Below are positions 8,325 to 17,566 of a DNA stretch of 59,506 bases, one piece after another. Where the stretch lies: contig JBAYKD010000004.1 in the NCBI GenBank assembly GCA_041664745.1, positions 1 through 59,506 on the forward strand. The letters are read 5' to 3'. The stretch's first letter is position 1. Every line of letters begins with the position of its first letter. Made by a program: the position numbers and the translations under genes. Source of the DNA: Minisyncoccota bacterium. GTDB taxonomy: Bacteria; Patescibacteriota; Minisyncoccia; Phycocordibacterales; UBA9973. The notes under the pieces are model-generated. The model was not told where the DNA came from. It saw only the letters and a list, made by a program, of their open reading frames with translations, and searched no databases.

Positions 8325-9272
8325 TTATACGACTTTTTGGATTTGTGCCGAGAGAGGTATATGAGAGGTATATGCAAATGATAATTTAGCAGTCTCTCCT
8401 TTCTTGTACGAATTCTTGTCTATTGTAAGGTTGAGAATAGTCGCCTGTGGTCCACTCAAAATGTACGTGGCATTTATTGTATTGGAAGTTACTACCCCTT
8501 CGGCCAATTTAACACCTACATTATAGACTTGAGGATTACTTACAGTAGGAAGTGTGATAGTGAAAGATTTAGTTTCTGCGGATTTAATTGTGATAGTGTC
8601 TGTACTGCCTCCTGTCTGTGGAGCAATGGTTCCATACACACTTTGATACAAAGTTTCAAATACTGGCTTAACAGTTAAACTTTTATTTTTAGAATTCAAT
8701 ACACTACAAGTCATACTAAGAGCTTCTGTTTTAGTAATTTCTACTCTTTGAGAAAGAGTATAATGAGGACTATCTTTTTCTCCTACTACTTGTAGATAAC
8801 AAGATGCCGGAAGAATCAAAAGCTCTTCTCCGATTGCTTTCATTGTAACCTTACCTAAAAGCATTCTTCCCAACATAAGGCCATTTTCATTCTTGCTCAT
8901 TAAGAATAGATTATATGTACCAGAAAGTATAGCAGGAGCTTGATATATGAATGCCTTGGAAAAAATAGCACCAGGAGTAAGAGTTAAAGAATCAGGGTAA
9001 ACTTTCTCATCGGCAATATATTGATTTTTAGGGTCAGTATTTAGAAGCTCTACTCCATACTTCACTCCAGACTGAGTCCCTTCTCTGTTTGAAATATTAA
9101 AAGAAATATTGAAGTCATTTTCTTTTTGAGAAACAATTTTGGCATTTTGAATGTTGACAGTCGCCAAGACTACAACATTACTTGCTGGTGGAGTTTCTAC
9201 TGCAAACACTGGCGTCACCAAAAAACAAAAGAGAAACAAAAAACTTATAGAAGAAAATTTAAATAAATTCAT
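8325..9272 (-). CDS. N-terminal fragment (signal peptide plus beta-rich ectodomain) of a split surface protein gene
   Basis: Signal peptide MNLFKFSSISFLFLFCFLVTPVFA and no membrane anchor. It ends 16 codons after entering the tandem duplication. Confidence 0.55.
   Translation of the reverse strand: MNLFKFSSISFLFLFCFLVTPVFAVETPPASNVVVLATVNIQNAKIVSQKENDFNISFNISNREGTQSGVKYGVELLNTDPKNQYIADEKVYPDSLTLTPGAIFSKAFIYQAPAILSGTYNLFLMSKNENGLMLGRMLLGKVTMKAIGEELLILPASCYLQVVGEKDSPHYTLSQRVEITKTEALSMTCSVLNSKNKSLTVKPVFETLYQSVYGTIAPQTGGSTDTITIKSAETKSFTITLPTVSNPQVYNVGVKLAEGVVTSNTINATYILSGPQATILNLTIDKNSYKKGETAKLSFAYTSHIPLSAQIQKVV
8352..8373. repeat. perfect 11-bp tandem duplication (GAGAGGTATAT x2) causing a frameshift
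   Basis: Read directly from the sequence. Deleting one copy joins the 8325..9272 frame to the 7951..8295 frame (...AYTS-LGTNPKSRIKSTDILTNFVVKATMVNEKG...). Confidence 0.85.
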
Positions 9273-9303
9273 AAATTAATAAAAGTTCGCAATTAAATAA
9301 TAA

Positions 9304-9344
9304 TAATTAGTCAATATAAGTATATCACTTATATTGACTAATTA
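9304..9344. promoter_or_regulatory. 18-bp perfect inverted repeat in the divergent promoter region upstream of nusA
   Basis: TAATTAGTCAATATAAGT-ATATC-ACTTATATTGACTAATTA. No clear T-tract, so an operator or structured element is more likely than a terminator. Confidence 0.3.
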
Positions 9345-9494
9345 AAAGTATTGCGGTAACATCTCAAGTGTAAGTCCGTCCTCGAACCGGGCTTTTATTT
9401 TTACTAAGATATCTATATTTAGTAAGAAATTACAATTTAATAAAAGGTATTTGTTTTTTGATTAAAACCAAAAACCAATTACCAAAAACCAATT

Positions 9495-10682
9495 ATGTTA
9501 GACCTCAAAACAATGAAGTCGGCATTGGACCAGCTTGAACAAGAGCGCAAAATCCCTCGAGAGAAGATTGTTGACGCTATAGAGCAAGCCCTGGCCGCCG
9601 CTTATAAGAAAGATTATGGTAAAAAAGGCCAGATCATACGTGCAAAGATAGATTTAGAAACAGGAACAATGGAGTTCAATCAAGTTAAGATTGTTGTTGA
9701 TGAATCTCTAGTACGAATGACAAAAGAAGATGATGAGGAAGAAGAAATTGCTGAAGATGATGATCGTGTACGATTTAATGAAGAGCATCACATTCTCCTC
9801 GAAGATGCAAAAAAAATAAAAAGTGATGTACAACTCAAGGAAGAGATAATATTCCCTCTTGAAAACCAAAGTGACTACGGACGTATCGCTGCTCAGACTG
9901 CGAAGCAAGTTATAATTCAAAAAATTCGTGAAGCAGAGAGAACTGCAATTGTAGATGAATACGGTAGCAAAGAAGGTGAAATTATAAACGGAATAGTTCA
10001 AAAAGTTGATCGTGGAATAGTCTACATCGATTTCAATCGTGCTACAGGTATAATTCTTCCAGAGGAACAAATTCCCGGAGAATTTTATCGACATGGAGAG
10101 AGAATAAAGGCTTACTTATACTCAATAGAGGAAACTCCCCGTGGAGTAAATCTTAAGCTTTCTCGTACTCATCCCCAGCTTATAGAAGGACTCTTTGCAA
10201 TGGAAGCTCCAGAAATAGCATCCGGAGTAGTTGAGATCAAAGCTATCGCCCGTGAAGCAGGTGCCCGTTCTAAGATCGCTGTTTACTCAAATGATGAGCA
10301 CGTAGATCCAGTAGGTTCTTGTGTTGGTCAAAAAGGATCACGCGTTACAACAGTCATGAGTGAATTAAATGGTGAGAAGATAGATATTATTCCTTGGTCA
10401 GCAGATCCAGTCGCATATATATCAAGTGCTATTTCTCCTGCAACTGTACTTAAAATAGAAGTCTCAGTAGAAGAACATAAGGCAACAATAGAAGTAGCAA
10501 TGGAGCAGCTATCCCTTGCTATCGGTAAGGGTGGACAAAATGTCCGTCTAGCCGCAAAGCTTACTGGATGGAGAATAGATATAAAAGGTATGGAGGCTTT
10601 AGGAATTAAAAGTGATGAAAGTTTAAGTGAAGATGATATACTAGATGGTGGAATTGTAGATGATGGTACAGAGGATAAGTAA
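9495..10682 (+). CDS. nusA: transcription termination/antitermination factor NusA
   Basis: NusA N-domain, S1 and two KH modules (VGQKGSRV, IGKGGQNVRLA). There is an acidic insertion, EDDEEEEIAEDDD. Confidence 0.93.
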   Translation: MLDLKTMKSALDQLEQERKIPREKIVDAIEQALAAAYKKDYGKKGQIIRAKIDLETGTMEFNQVKIVVDESLVRMTKEDDEEEEIAEDDDRVRFNEEHHILLEDAKKIKSDVQLKEEIIFPLENQSDYGRIAAQTAKQVIIQKIREAERTAIVDEYGSKEGEIINGIVQKVDRGIVYIDFNRATGIILPEEQIPGEFYRHGERIKAYLYSIEETPRGVNLKLSRTHPQLIEGLFAMEAPEIASGVVEIKAIAREAGARSKIAVYSNDEHVDPVGSCVGQKGSRVTTVMSELNGEKIDIIPWSADPVAYISSAISPATVLKIEVSVEEHKATIEVAMEQLSLAIGKGGQNVRLAAKLTGWRIDIKGMEALGIKSDESLSEDDILDGGIVDDGTEDK

Positions 10683-10712
10683 ATAATTATTAATTAATAA
10701 AAAATAAGTTAT

Positions 10713-12752
10713 ATGAATCCATTTATTATTTTTGCTCTTATAAGTTCTATAATTGCAATATTATACGGTTTATTTTTAATCAGAGTTGTTCTTAAGAAAG
10801 GTACAGGAGATCAGAAGATGCAAGCAATTGCAAAAGCTATCCAAGAAGGTGCAAGTGCTTACCTTAATCGCCAATACAAAACTATCGGCGTTATCGCAGT
10901 CATATTATTCTTAGTTATCGGCTTGGTGCCAATGCTTGGATGGATGATGGCATTTAGTTTTATTTTTGGTGCTATTCTCTCTGCTGTTGCTGGATATATA
11001 GGTATGAACGTTTCCGTTCGTGCTAACGTCCGCACAACAGAAGAAGCCAAGAAAGGATTAAAAGAGGCTTTGAGTTTAGCTTTCAAAGGAGGAACTGTCA
11101 CAGGTTTACTCGTTGTCGGTCTTGCTCTATTAGGTGTTACAACTTTCTATATTATTGCTGAGAAGATTTTTGGGAGCGGTTCCGCCCAAGCTGTGAAGTC
11201 CTTAATCGGCCTTTCATTCGGAGCAAGTTTGATCTCAATCTTCGCTCGTTTGGGTGGTGGTATATTTACAAAAGCCGCTGACGTCGGTGCAGACCTCGTC
11301 GGTAAAGTTGAAGCTGGAATTCCAGAAGATGATCCTCGCAATCCTGCAGTTATCGCCGACAATGTCGGAGACAACGTTGGAGACTGTGCAGGAATGGCCG
11401 CAGACTTATTCGAAACATATGCAGTGACTTCAGTTGCAACAATGCTTCTAGGTTCTCTTATGTTTGTTGGTTTCGGTAATGCAATCTTGTTCCCTCTCGC
11501 AATTGGAGGCGTTGCAATACTTTCTTCAATCATCGGTACATGGTTCGTAAAACTTGGAAAAAATAAAAATATCATGGGCGCTCTTTATAAAGGATTAATA
11601 GCTGCAGGAATTCTTTCTGCTATCGGCTTCTACCCTATTACAAAATGGCTCATGACAGGTAATGGACTCTACTCTGTGAATGCATTATACATATCAGCTC
11701 TCGTCGGTATTGCCGTCACTGCTCTTATTATTGTCATCACAGAATATTACACATCAACAGCTTACAATCCTGTAAAATCTATTGCTCTTGCTTCAGTCTC
11801 AGGACATGGAACAAACGTAATTCAAGGCTTGGCGGTTTCAATGAAATCTACTGCTTTCCCTCTACTTACAATCGTTGCTGGAATTTTAACTTCTTACCAC
11901 TTCGGTGGATTATATGGAGTTGCAGTTGCCGCTATGTCCATGCTTTCCTTAACAGGAATAATAGTTGCTATCGATTCATTCGGTCCTATTACTGACAATG
12001 CCGGAGGTATCGCAGAAATGGCTGGCCTTCCAGAAAGTGTTCGCGATGTTACAGACCCTCTCGATGCAGTTGGAAATACAACAAAGGCAGTAACAAAAGG
12101 TTACGCTATCGGTTCAGCTGGACTTGCCGCTCTTGTTCTCTTCGCTTCTTACACACAAGAATTTGCAAACTTCGGACACATATTGAAATTCGACCTTGGT
12201 AATCCTATGGTTATTGCCGGTCTACTTATCGGTGGACTTCTTCCTTACTACTTCAGTGCACTATGTATGGAGGCTGTAGGAAAGGCTGCTGGAAAAGTTG
12301 TCGAAGAAGTTCGCAGACAATTTAGAGACATCAAAGGAATCATGGATGGTAGTGGAAAACCTGACTATGCAACTTGCGTAGACATCGTAACAACTGGCGC
12401 TCTCAAGCAAATGATTCTTCCAGCAGTTATCGCAGTTCTATCCCCTATCTTGGTTGGATTCATTCTTGGCCCTGAAGCTTTGGGTGGACTTCTAGTCGGT
12501 TCAATTATTACAGGAATCTTCCTTGCTATATCAATGACTTCCGGCGGTGGAGCATGGGACAATGCAAAGAAATATATTGAACTTGGAAATCATGGTGGCA
12601 AAGGTAGTGATGCTCACAAAGCAGCCGTTACTGGCGACACCGTCGGCGACCCTTACAAAGATACAGCAGGGCCTGCTATCAACCCAATGATTAAAATCTT
12701 AAATATCATTGCTTTGATCTTGGTTCCTATATTGGTATCGTTTTGGTTTTAA
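10713..12752 (+). CDS. hppA: membrane-bound H+-translocating pyrophosphatase, K+-independent-type signature
   Basis: [38 protein letters not shown] and [10 protein letters not shown] motifs. It is a polytopic protein of 679 aa. Confidence 0.93.
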   Translation: MNPFIIFALISSIIAILYGLFLIRVVLKKGTGDQKMQAIAKAIQEGASAYLNRQYKTIGVIAVILFLVIGLVPMLGWMMAFSFIFGAILSAVAGYIGMNVSVRANVRTTEEAKKGLKEALSLAFKGGTVTGLLVVGLALLGVTTFYIIAEKIFGSGSAQAVKSLIGLSFGASLISIFARLGGGIFTKAADVGADLVGKVEAGIPEDDPRNPAVIADNVGDNVGDCAGMAADLFETYAVTSVATMLLGSLMFVGFGNAILFPLAIGGVAILSSIIGTWFVKLGKNKNIMGALYKGLIAAGILSAIGFYPITKWLMTGNGLYSVNALYISALVGIAVTALIIVITEYYTSTAYNPVKSIALASVSGHGTNVIQGLAVSMKSTAFPLLTIVAGILTSYHFGGLYGVAVAAMSMLSLTGIIVAIDSFGPITDNAGGIAEMAGLPESVRDVTDPLDAVGNTTKAVTKGYAIGSAGLAALVLFASYTQEFANFGHILKFDLGNPMVIAGLLIGGLLPYYFSALCMEAVGKAAGKVVEEVRRQFRDIKGIMDGSGKPDYATCVDIVTTGALKQMILPAVIAVLSPILVGFILGPEALGGLLVGSIITGIFLAISMTSGGGAWDNAKKYIELGNHGGKGSDAHKAAVTGDTVGDPYKDTAGPAINPMIKILNIIALILVPILVSFWF

Positions 12753-12780
12753 AAATTAAATAAAAAACAAACAACAAAAA

Positions 12781-12811
12781 TGTCCCGCAGGCTTACCTGC
12801 GGGACATTTTT
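12781..12811 (+). terminator. rho-independent terminator after hppA
   Basis: TGTCCCGCAGG-CTTA-CCTGCGGGACA followed by TTTTT. Confidence 0.8.
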
Positions 12812-12854
12812 GTTTACACTTTAAAGAAGATATGATTTATGTTAGAGTTAAATT

Positions 12855-13847
12855 ATGAACATAATCTCTGTGAAAAATTTACATAAAGATTTTAGTTTCC
12901 CCGTTAAAAACTCAAATTCCAGTTGGATTAAAAATTTATTTCATCCAGAGATTAGGACAATCACAGCTGTCTCAGGAATTTCTTTTAATGTCAAAAAAGG
13001 AGAACGAATTGCTTTCATCGGCCCTAATGGTGCCGGTAAATCTACAACAATTAAAATGATGGCTGGAATACTTTTCCCAACAGGTGGAGAAATATCTATC
13101 CTTGGACTTAACCCCGTTAAGGATAGAAAAAAGTTAGCATACAAAATCGGAACTGTTTTTGGACAAAGATCTCAACTACTTCCGAACTTACCTCTTACTG
13201 ACTCATTAGAATTTTACGGAGTTATGTACGATATGACAGAAGAGCAAATTAAAACTCGAGTTAAAGAATTAGTAGATATTTTCTGCCTTGAGCCATTCTT
13301 AGATCAACCTGTTCGTAAACTTTCTCTAGGACAAAGGATGCGAGCAGAAGTTGCCGTCTCTCTAATTCATAAACCAGAAATTATATTTCTCGATGAACCA
13401 ACCATCGGTCTAGATGTTGTAGCCAAGAAATCACTTCGAGATCTATTGCTACGAATCAACAAAGAAGAGAATACAACAATCTTTCTAACTTCTCACGATG
13501 TGGGAGATATCGAGTCACTTTGCGACAGAACTGTGATCATAAACCACGGAACACTTATCAAAGACTTACCAACAGAAGATTTAAATAAAACTTTCTTTAA
13601 TGAAAAATATATTGATATTATACCAATTACCAAATTTGAAGACTTTCCAACTCTTCCTGAAGGTTTAGAATATTTATGTAAGGACTCAAACAAAATAACT
13701 ATTCGTATAAAAATAAATAAAATTAGCGCCAAGGAATCATTAAAAAAACTATTAGATATTTTTGATGTCGAAGATATAGATGTCTACTATGCAGATCTTG
13801 AGTCAGTAATTAGAAATATTTATGAGAGCGATTCGTCTACCAATTAA
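12855..13847 (+). CDS. ABC transporter ATP-binding protein (ABC-2 type system)
   Basis: Walker A GPNGAGKST, signature LSLGQRMR, Walker B IIFLDEPTIGLD. Confidence 0.9.
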   Translation: MNIISVKNLHKDFSFPVKNSNSSWIKNLFHPEIRTITAVSGISFNVKKGERIAFIGPNGAGKSTTIKMMAGILFPTGGEISILGLNPVKDRKKLAYKIGTVFGQRSQLLPNLPLTDSLEFYGVMYDMTEEQIKTRVKELVDIFCLEPFLDQPVRKLSLGQRMRAEVAVSLIHKPEIIFLDEPTIGLDVVAKKSLRDLLLRINKEENTTIFLTSHDVGDIESLCDRTVIINHGTLIKDLPTEDLNKTFFNEKYIDIIPITKFEDFPTLPEGLEYLCKDSNKITIRIKINKISAKESLKKLLDIFDVEDIDVYYADLESVIRNIYESDSSTN

Positions 13848-14622
13848 AATACTGAAAACACTCACAAAGGATAGTCTGCACTACCCTAGTAGAATGTATG
13901 CAAATATTTTTATCTTGATAGCAAGATTGGGGATACTTCTTGGGTTATATGCCTATGTATTTAAACTAAACGGCGGGACGGTAAACGGCGTCACTTTTCT
14001 TGTTGTTGCTTGGAGTATGTTTTTTTATTTTACTTTTTCAAATTTCAACTTGCGAAGAATATCAAGACTAATGATGACAGATGTGCAATCAGGAAGCGTT
14101 GAAATTTTTCTCAATAAGCCAATATCATATTTGTCATACAAAGTATGGTGGACATTTGGGTTAGGATTTTATAATTTTCTTTTTATTGGTTTTTTGAGTT
14201 TCATTATTTTGGCTCTAATTATTGGAATTCCACCATCAATGATGACTAGCTTATTTCTAATAACATTAATTATAGAATTTTTCCTCACTTCGATACTAAC
14301 GATAATAATTTATGCGATTGTTGGAGTATTTGCTTTTTGGATTGAGGATATAAATCCAGTGTTTTGGATTGTGGATAAATTTGTCATGATACTCGGAGGT
14401 TCATATTTACCAGTTGCACTCTTTCCAGCTTTCCTATACAACATAGCAATTTACAGTCCATTTGGGGCATCGATGTTTATCTCTCATATCGTTTATGACT
14501 CATGGAAAGTCGATTGGGTTAAACTAGTTGGAATACAAATATTTTGGATTATAGTTTTAGGTTTATTTATGGTTTGGCTATATAAAAAAGCCAGAGAAAA
14601 AGTATCAGTTAATGGTGGATAA
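13822..14622 (+). CDS. ABC-2 type transporter permease
   Basis: Polytopic hydrophobic protein directly coupled to the ATPase gene (overlapping stop/start). Confidence 0.7.
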   Translation: MRAIRLPIKILKTLTKDSLHYPSRMYANIFILIARLGILLGLYAYVFKLNGGTVNGVTFLVVAWSMFFYFTFSNFNLRRISRLMMTDVQSGSVEIFLNKPISYLSYKVWWTFGLGFYNFLFIGFLSFIILALIIGIPPSMMTSLFLITLIIEFFLTSILTIIIYAIVGVFAFWIEDINPVFWIVDKFVMILGGSYLPVALFPAFLYNIAIYSPFGASMFISHIVYDSWKVDWVKLVGIQIFWIIVLGLFMVWLYKKAREKVSVNGG

Positions 14623-15421
14623 TTTTATGATGAAAGAAATAAAATTTGCATTATATGCAATAAAAAAGAATATACAAAGTAGTTCTGAATTACGCACCAG
14701 CTTCCTGATGAATATTATCGGTATGGCCATAAACAATTTAGCTTTTGTATTTTTGTGGGTTTACTTTGTTAAATCAGTTGGAATCATCGGCGGATGGACT
14801 ACTTACGATATTATTGCCCTCAATGGTTTCTGTGCTCTTTCTTTTGGCCTTATTGTTTCAATATTTATGGGAACAAGAAAGATCCCAGAGTATGTGTCAT
14901 CTGGATCTTTCGATCGGTACATGCTTTCTCCAAAAAATTTAATACTTCGCATTGCTACATCTGCCTTTAGCCCTTCGGCAGTTGGAGATGCAATTTTTGG
15001 AATAATTTGTCTGACTGTATATGGGTTTTTAATACACATAAGTTTTATCCAAATAATATTTATATTTATTTTAACAATTTTTGCTTCAATAATATTCTTC
15101 TCAATGACGTTGATTATCAATGCATTGAGCTTTTACTTTATTGATGCCACTTCTTTCACAGATAGCGTCTTCCAGTTATTTTTTACTCCTACTCTTTTCC
15201 ATGGTGGAGCATTCCACGGTGCAATGAGATTTATCTTCACATTTATGATTCCTTCTCTATTAATTGCAGCAATTCCAACCGAGACAATAAAAAGTGTATC
15301 GATTACCGCTCTCCTCTTAATTGGACTTGGTTCTGTCGTATGGTTTTTCATTGCAGTAAAACTATTTAACCACTCTATCAAAAGATATGAGAGTTCAAAC
15401 TTCATGACCTTTGGTCAGTAG
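14612..15421 (+). CDS. ABC-2 type transporter permease (second subunit)
   Basis: Polytopic hydrophobic protein. The start could instead be Met at 14627, just after the upstream stop. Confidence 0.7.
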   Translation: MVDNFMMKEIKFALYAIKKNIQSSSELRTSFLMNIIGMAINNLAFVFLWVYFVKSVGIIGGWTTYDIIALNGFCALSFGLIVSIFMGTRKIPEYVSSGSFDRYMLSPKNLILRIATSAFSPSAVGDAIFGIICLTVYGFLIHISFIQIIFIFILTIFASIIFFSMTLIINALSFYFIDATSFTDSVFQLFFTPTLFHGGAFHGAMRFIFTFMIPSLLIAAIPTETIKSVSITALLLIGLGSVVWFFIAVKLFNHSIKRYESSNFMTFGQ

Positions 15422-15469
15422 AAATACAAATTTGAAAATAATCTGATTTTAGTATAAGATGAGGAAACT

Positions 15470-16597
15470 ATGAAAACAACAATCAAAAAATTAGACAAAA
15501 GTGAGGTAGAAATTACAGGTGTTTTAGAATGGGTAGAGTTTGAAAAATATGAAAGCAAAGCCTTAGAAAGAGTGGGCGAAAGAATGGAACTCCCAGGCTT
15601 CCGTAAAGGAAAAGCTCCCGCAACGATAGTCAAAGAAAATACCAATGAAATGATGCTTTTAGAGGAGATGGCAGAAGTAGCTCTACAAGAAAGCTACATT
15701 AAAATATTAGAAGAGAACAAGATAGACGCCATCGGCCGTCCACAAATCGCAATTACAAAGATTGCAAAGGGTTCAGATTTAGAATTTAAAATTCTTACAG
15801 CTATACTTCCAGAAATGAAACTAGGTGACTATAAAAAAATTGCAAACACAGAAAATGCAAAAGAAGAAAATAAACCTGCCCGCCCTCACGATAGTTCGGG
15901 AGCAGGCGGGAAAGAAATAGTTGTAGATGAAAAAGAAGTAGAGAAAGTAATACTCGATCTTCGTAAAATGCGCGCCGAGCAAGTAAAAGGTGGTAAGCAC
16001 GTCGGTCATGAAAATATGACAGAAGAAGAACATGCAGCAGCACATAGTACCGATGAAGCAAAAGAAATTCCAGAAAGTGAATACCCGGAACTTAATGATG
16101 AATTTGTAAAAACTTTCGGTGACTTTGCAAACGTAGAAGCATTCAAAGAAAAAATCCGTGGTAACATGAAAATAGAGAAGATGACAGTAGCCAAGGATAA
16201 GGTTCGTCTAGCAATAGTCGAGGAATTGGTGAAACAAACAGAAGGAGAAATCCCTGAAATATTAATTCAAAGTGAAACAGATAAAATGCTTTACCGTTTA
16301 GAAGCAGATATCACAAATGCAGGCTTAAAGATGGAAGATTACTTGAAGCAAATAAACAAAACAGAAATAGATTTAAGAGGAGAATGGAAAGCTGATGCAG
16401 AGAAACGTGCAAAACTTCAGATTATCATCCATACAATTTCCGAAAAAGAAAAACTTGCTCCGACTGAAGAAGAAATAATGAGTGACGTCACAAAGATTAC
16501 AGAGATGTATAAAGATGCAGACACGTCCCGTGCAAGAGCATATGTAGAGCAAATGCTTGAAAACGAAAAAGTTTTTCTCTTCTTAGAACAGCAATAA
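15470..16597 (+). CDS. tig: trigger factor lacking the FKBP/PPIase domain
   Basis: Ribosome-binding signature LPGFRKGKAP. The C-terminal arm starts at YPELNDEFVKTFG. Only a ~45-aa His/Glu-rich linker sits where the PPIase domain normally lies. Confidence 0.85.
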   Translation: MKTTIKKLDKSEVEITGVLEWVEFEKYESKALERVGERMELPGFRKGKAPATIVKENTNEMMLLEEMAEVALQESYIKILEENKIDAIGRPQIAITKIAKGSDLEFKILTAILPEMKLGDYKKIANTENAKEENKPARPHDSSGAGGKEIVVDEKEVEKVILDLRKMRAEQVKGGKHVGHENMTEEEHAAAHSTDEAKEIPESEYPELNDEFVKTFGDFANVEAFKEKIRGNMKIEKMTVAKDKVRLAIVEELVKQTEGEIPEILIQSETDKMLYRLEADITNAGLKMEDYLKQINKTEIDLRGEWKADAEKRAKLQIIIHTISEKEKLAPTEEEIMSDVTKITEMYKDADTSRARAYVEQMLENEKVFLFLEQQ

Positions 16598-16722
16598 AAC
16601 ACGGAATAATAAATGTTCTCGAGCGAACCCTTACGGAGGGCGACGGCCCGAGTACGAGCAAAATTTTCAGTAGAAAATTATTGTGTGGTGAGTCCGAGAA
16701 TTTTTTTATGAAGTGTTTTTGT
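16596..16722 (-). repeat. intergenic repeat family A, copy 1 (inverted orientation)
   Basis: The reverse complement aligns almost end to end with 26378-26497 and 41746-41867 (core ATTCTCGGACTCACCACACAATAA...GGGTTCGCTCGAGAAC). Confidence 0.85.
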
Positions 16723-16767
16723 GGACGACTATATAAAAACTTATTACTAATATGATATAATAAAGAT

Positions 16768-17352
16768 ATGTTAATCCCAACAGTTATAGAAAAATCACAA
16801 TTCGGCGAAAGAGCATACGACATATACTCTCGTCTTTTAAATGAACGTATTATTTTCCTCGGTGGTCCAATAGACGACTACACAGCAAATTTGATAATAG
16901 CCCAGCTTCTTTATCTTGATCATACAGATTCTAAGAAAGATGTTTATCTTTATATCAACTCCCCTGGTGGCTCAGTCACAGCTGGTCTCGCTATCATCGA
17001 CACGATGAATTTTATAAAAGCTGACGTTTCGACCATTTGTGTCGGTATCGCTGCTTCGATGGGCGCGCTTATTCTTTCTTCTGGTAAGAAAGGTAAAAGA
17101 TTCTCTCTCCCAAACTCTGAAGTTATGATTCACCAAGTCATGGGCGGCACAGAAGGACAAGCTAGCGATATTGCTATCAATGCAAAGCACATCCTCCGCA
17201 CCAAAGACACCTTGAATAAAATCCTTGCCACTAATACAAACAAAAAGATAGACCAAGTAGAGAAAGATTCCGACCGCGACTACTGGATGACAAGCGACGA
17301 AGCTAAAAAGTACGGCATAATAGACGATATCATCTCAAAACAGAAAAAGTAG
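16768..17352 (+). CDS. clpP: ATP-dependent Clp protease proteolytic subunit
   Basis: [17 protein letters not shown] (Ser), MIHQ (His), DRDYWM (Asp). Confidence 0.95.
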   Translation: MLIPTVIEKSQFGERAYDIYSRLLNERIIFLGGPIDDYTANLIIAQLLYLDHTDSKKDVYLYINSPGGSVTAGLAIIDTMNFIKADVSTICVGIAASMGALILSSGKKGKRFSLPNSEVMIHQVMGGTEGQASDIAINAKHILRTKDTLNKILATNTNKKIDQVEKDSDRDYWMTSDEAKKYGIIDDIISKQKK

Positions 17353-17566
17353 ACAAAAGACGACTTTTGGAGTATTATGAAAATATCGAAATTTAAAAGT
17401 TTTTATTTACATGTTCGCTTTTTTAATGCAGTAACGACATCTATACTTATTTATGAACCTAATGCTTGTGAAAGGAAATCGTTCTAAACTAATAATACTT
17501 GTTCAGATTTAAACCTTAATTTAATAGGGTTTTATCCTGTGTTCTTAAAGCGACTAAAAAGTCGCC

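Noticed and set aside
9345-9400. A GGTTCGAGGACGG-like stretch on the minus strand that resembles a tRNA T-arm, upstream of nusA.
   Set aside because: No complementary T-stem, acceptor stem or anticodon arm could be built around it.
17387-17443. An 18-codon mini-ORF (MKISKFKSFYLHVRFFNAV) in the clpP-rny spacer, considered as a possible leader peptide.
   Set aside because: It has no ribosome-binding signal or associated attenuator structure, and short ORFs of this size are expected by chance in AT-rich spacers.
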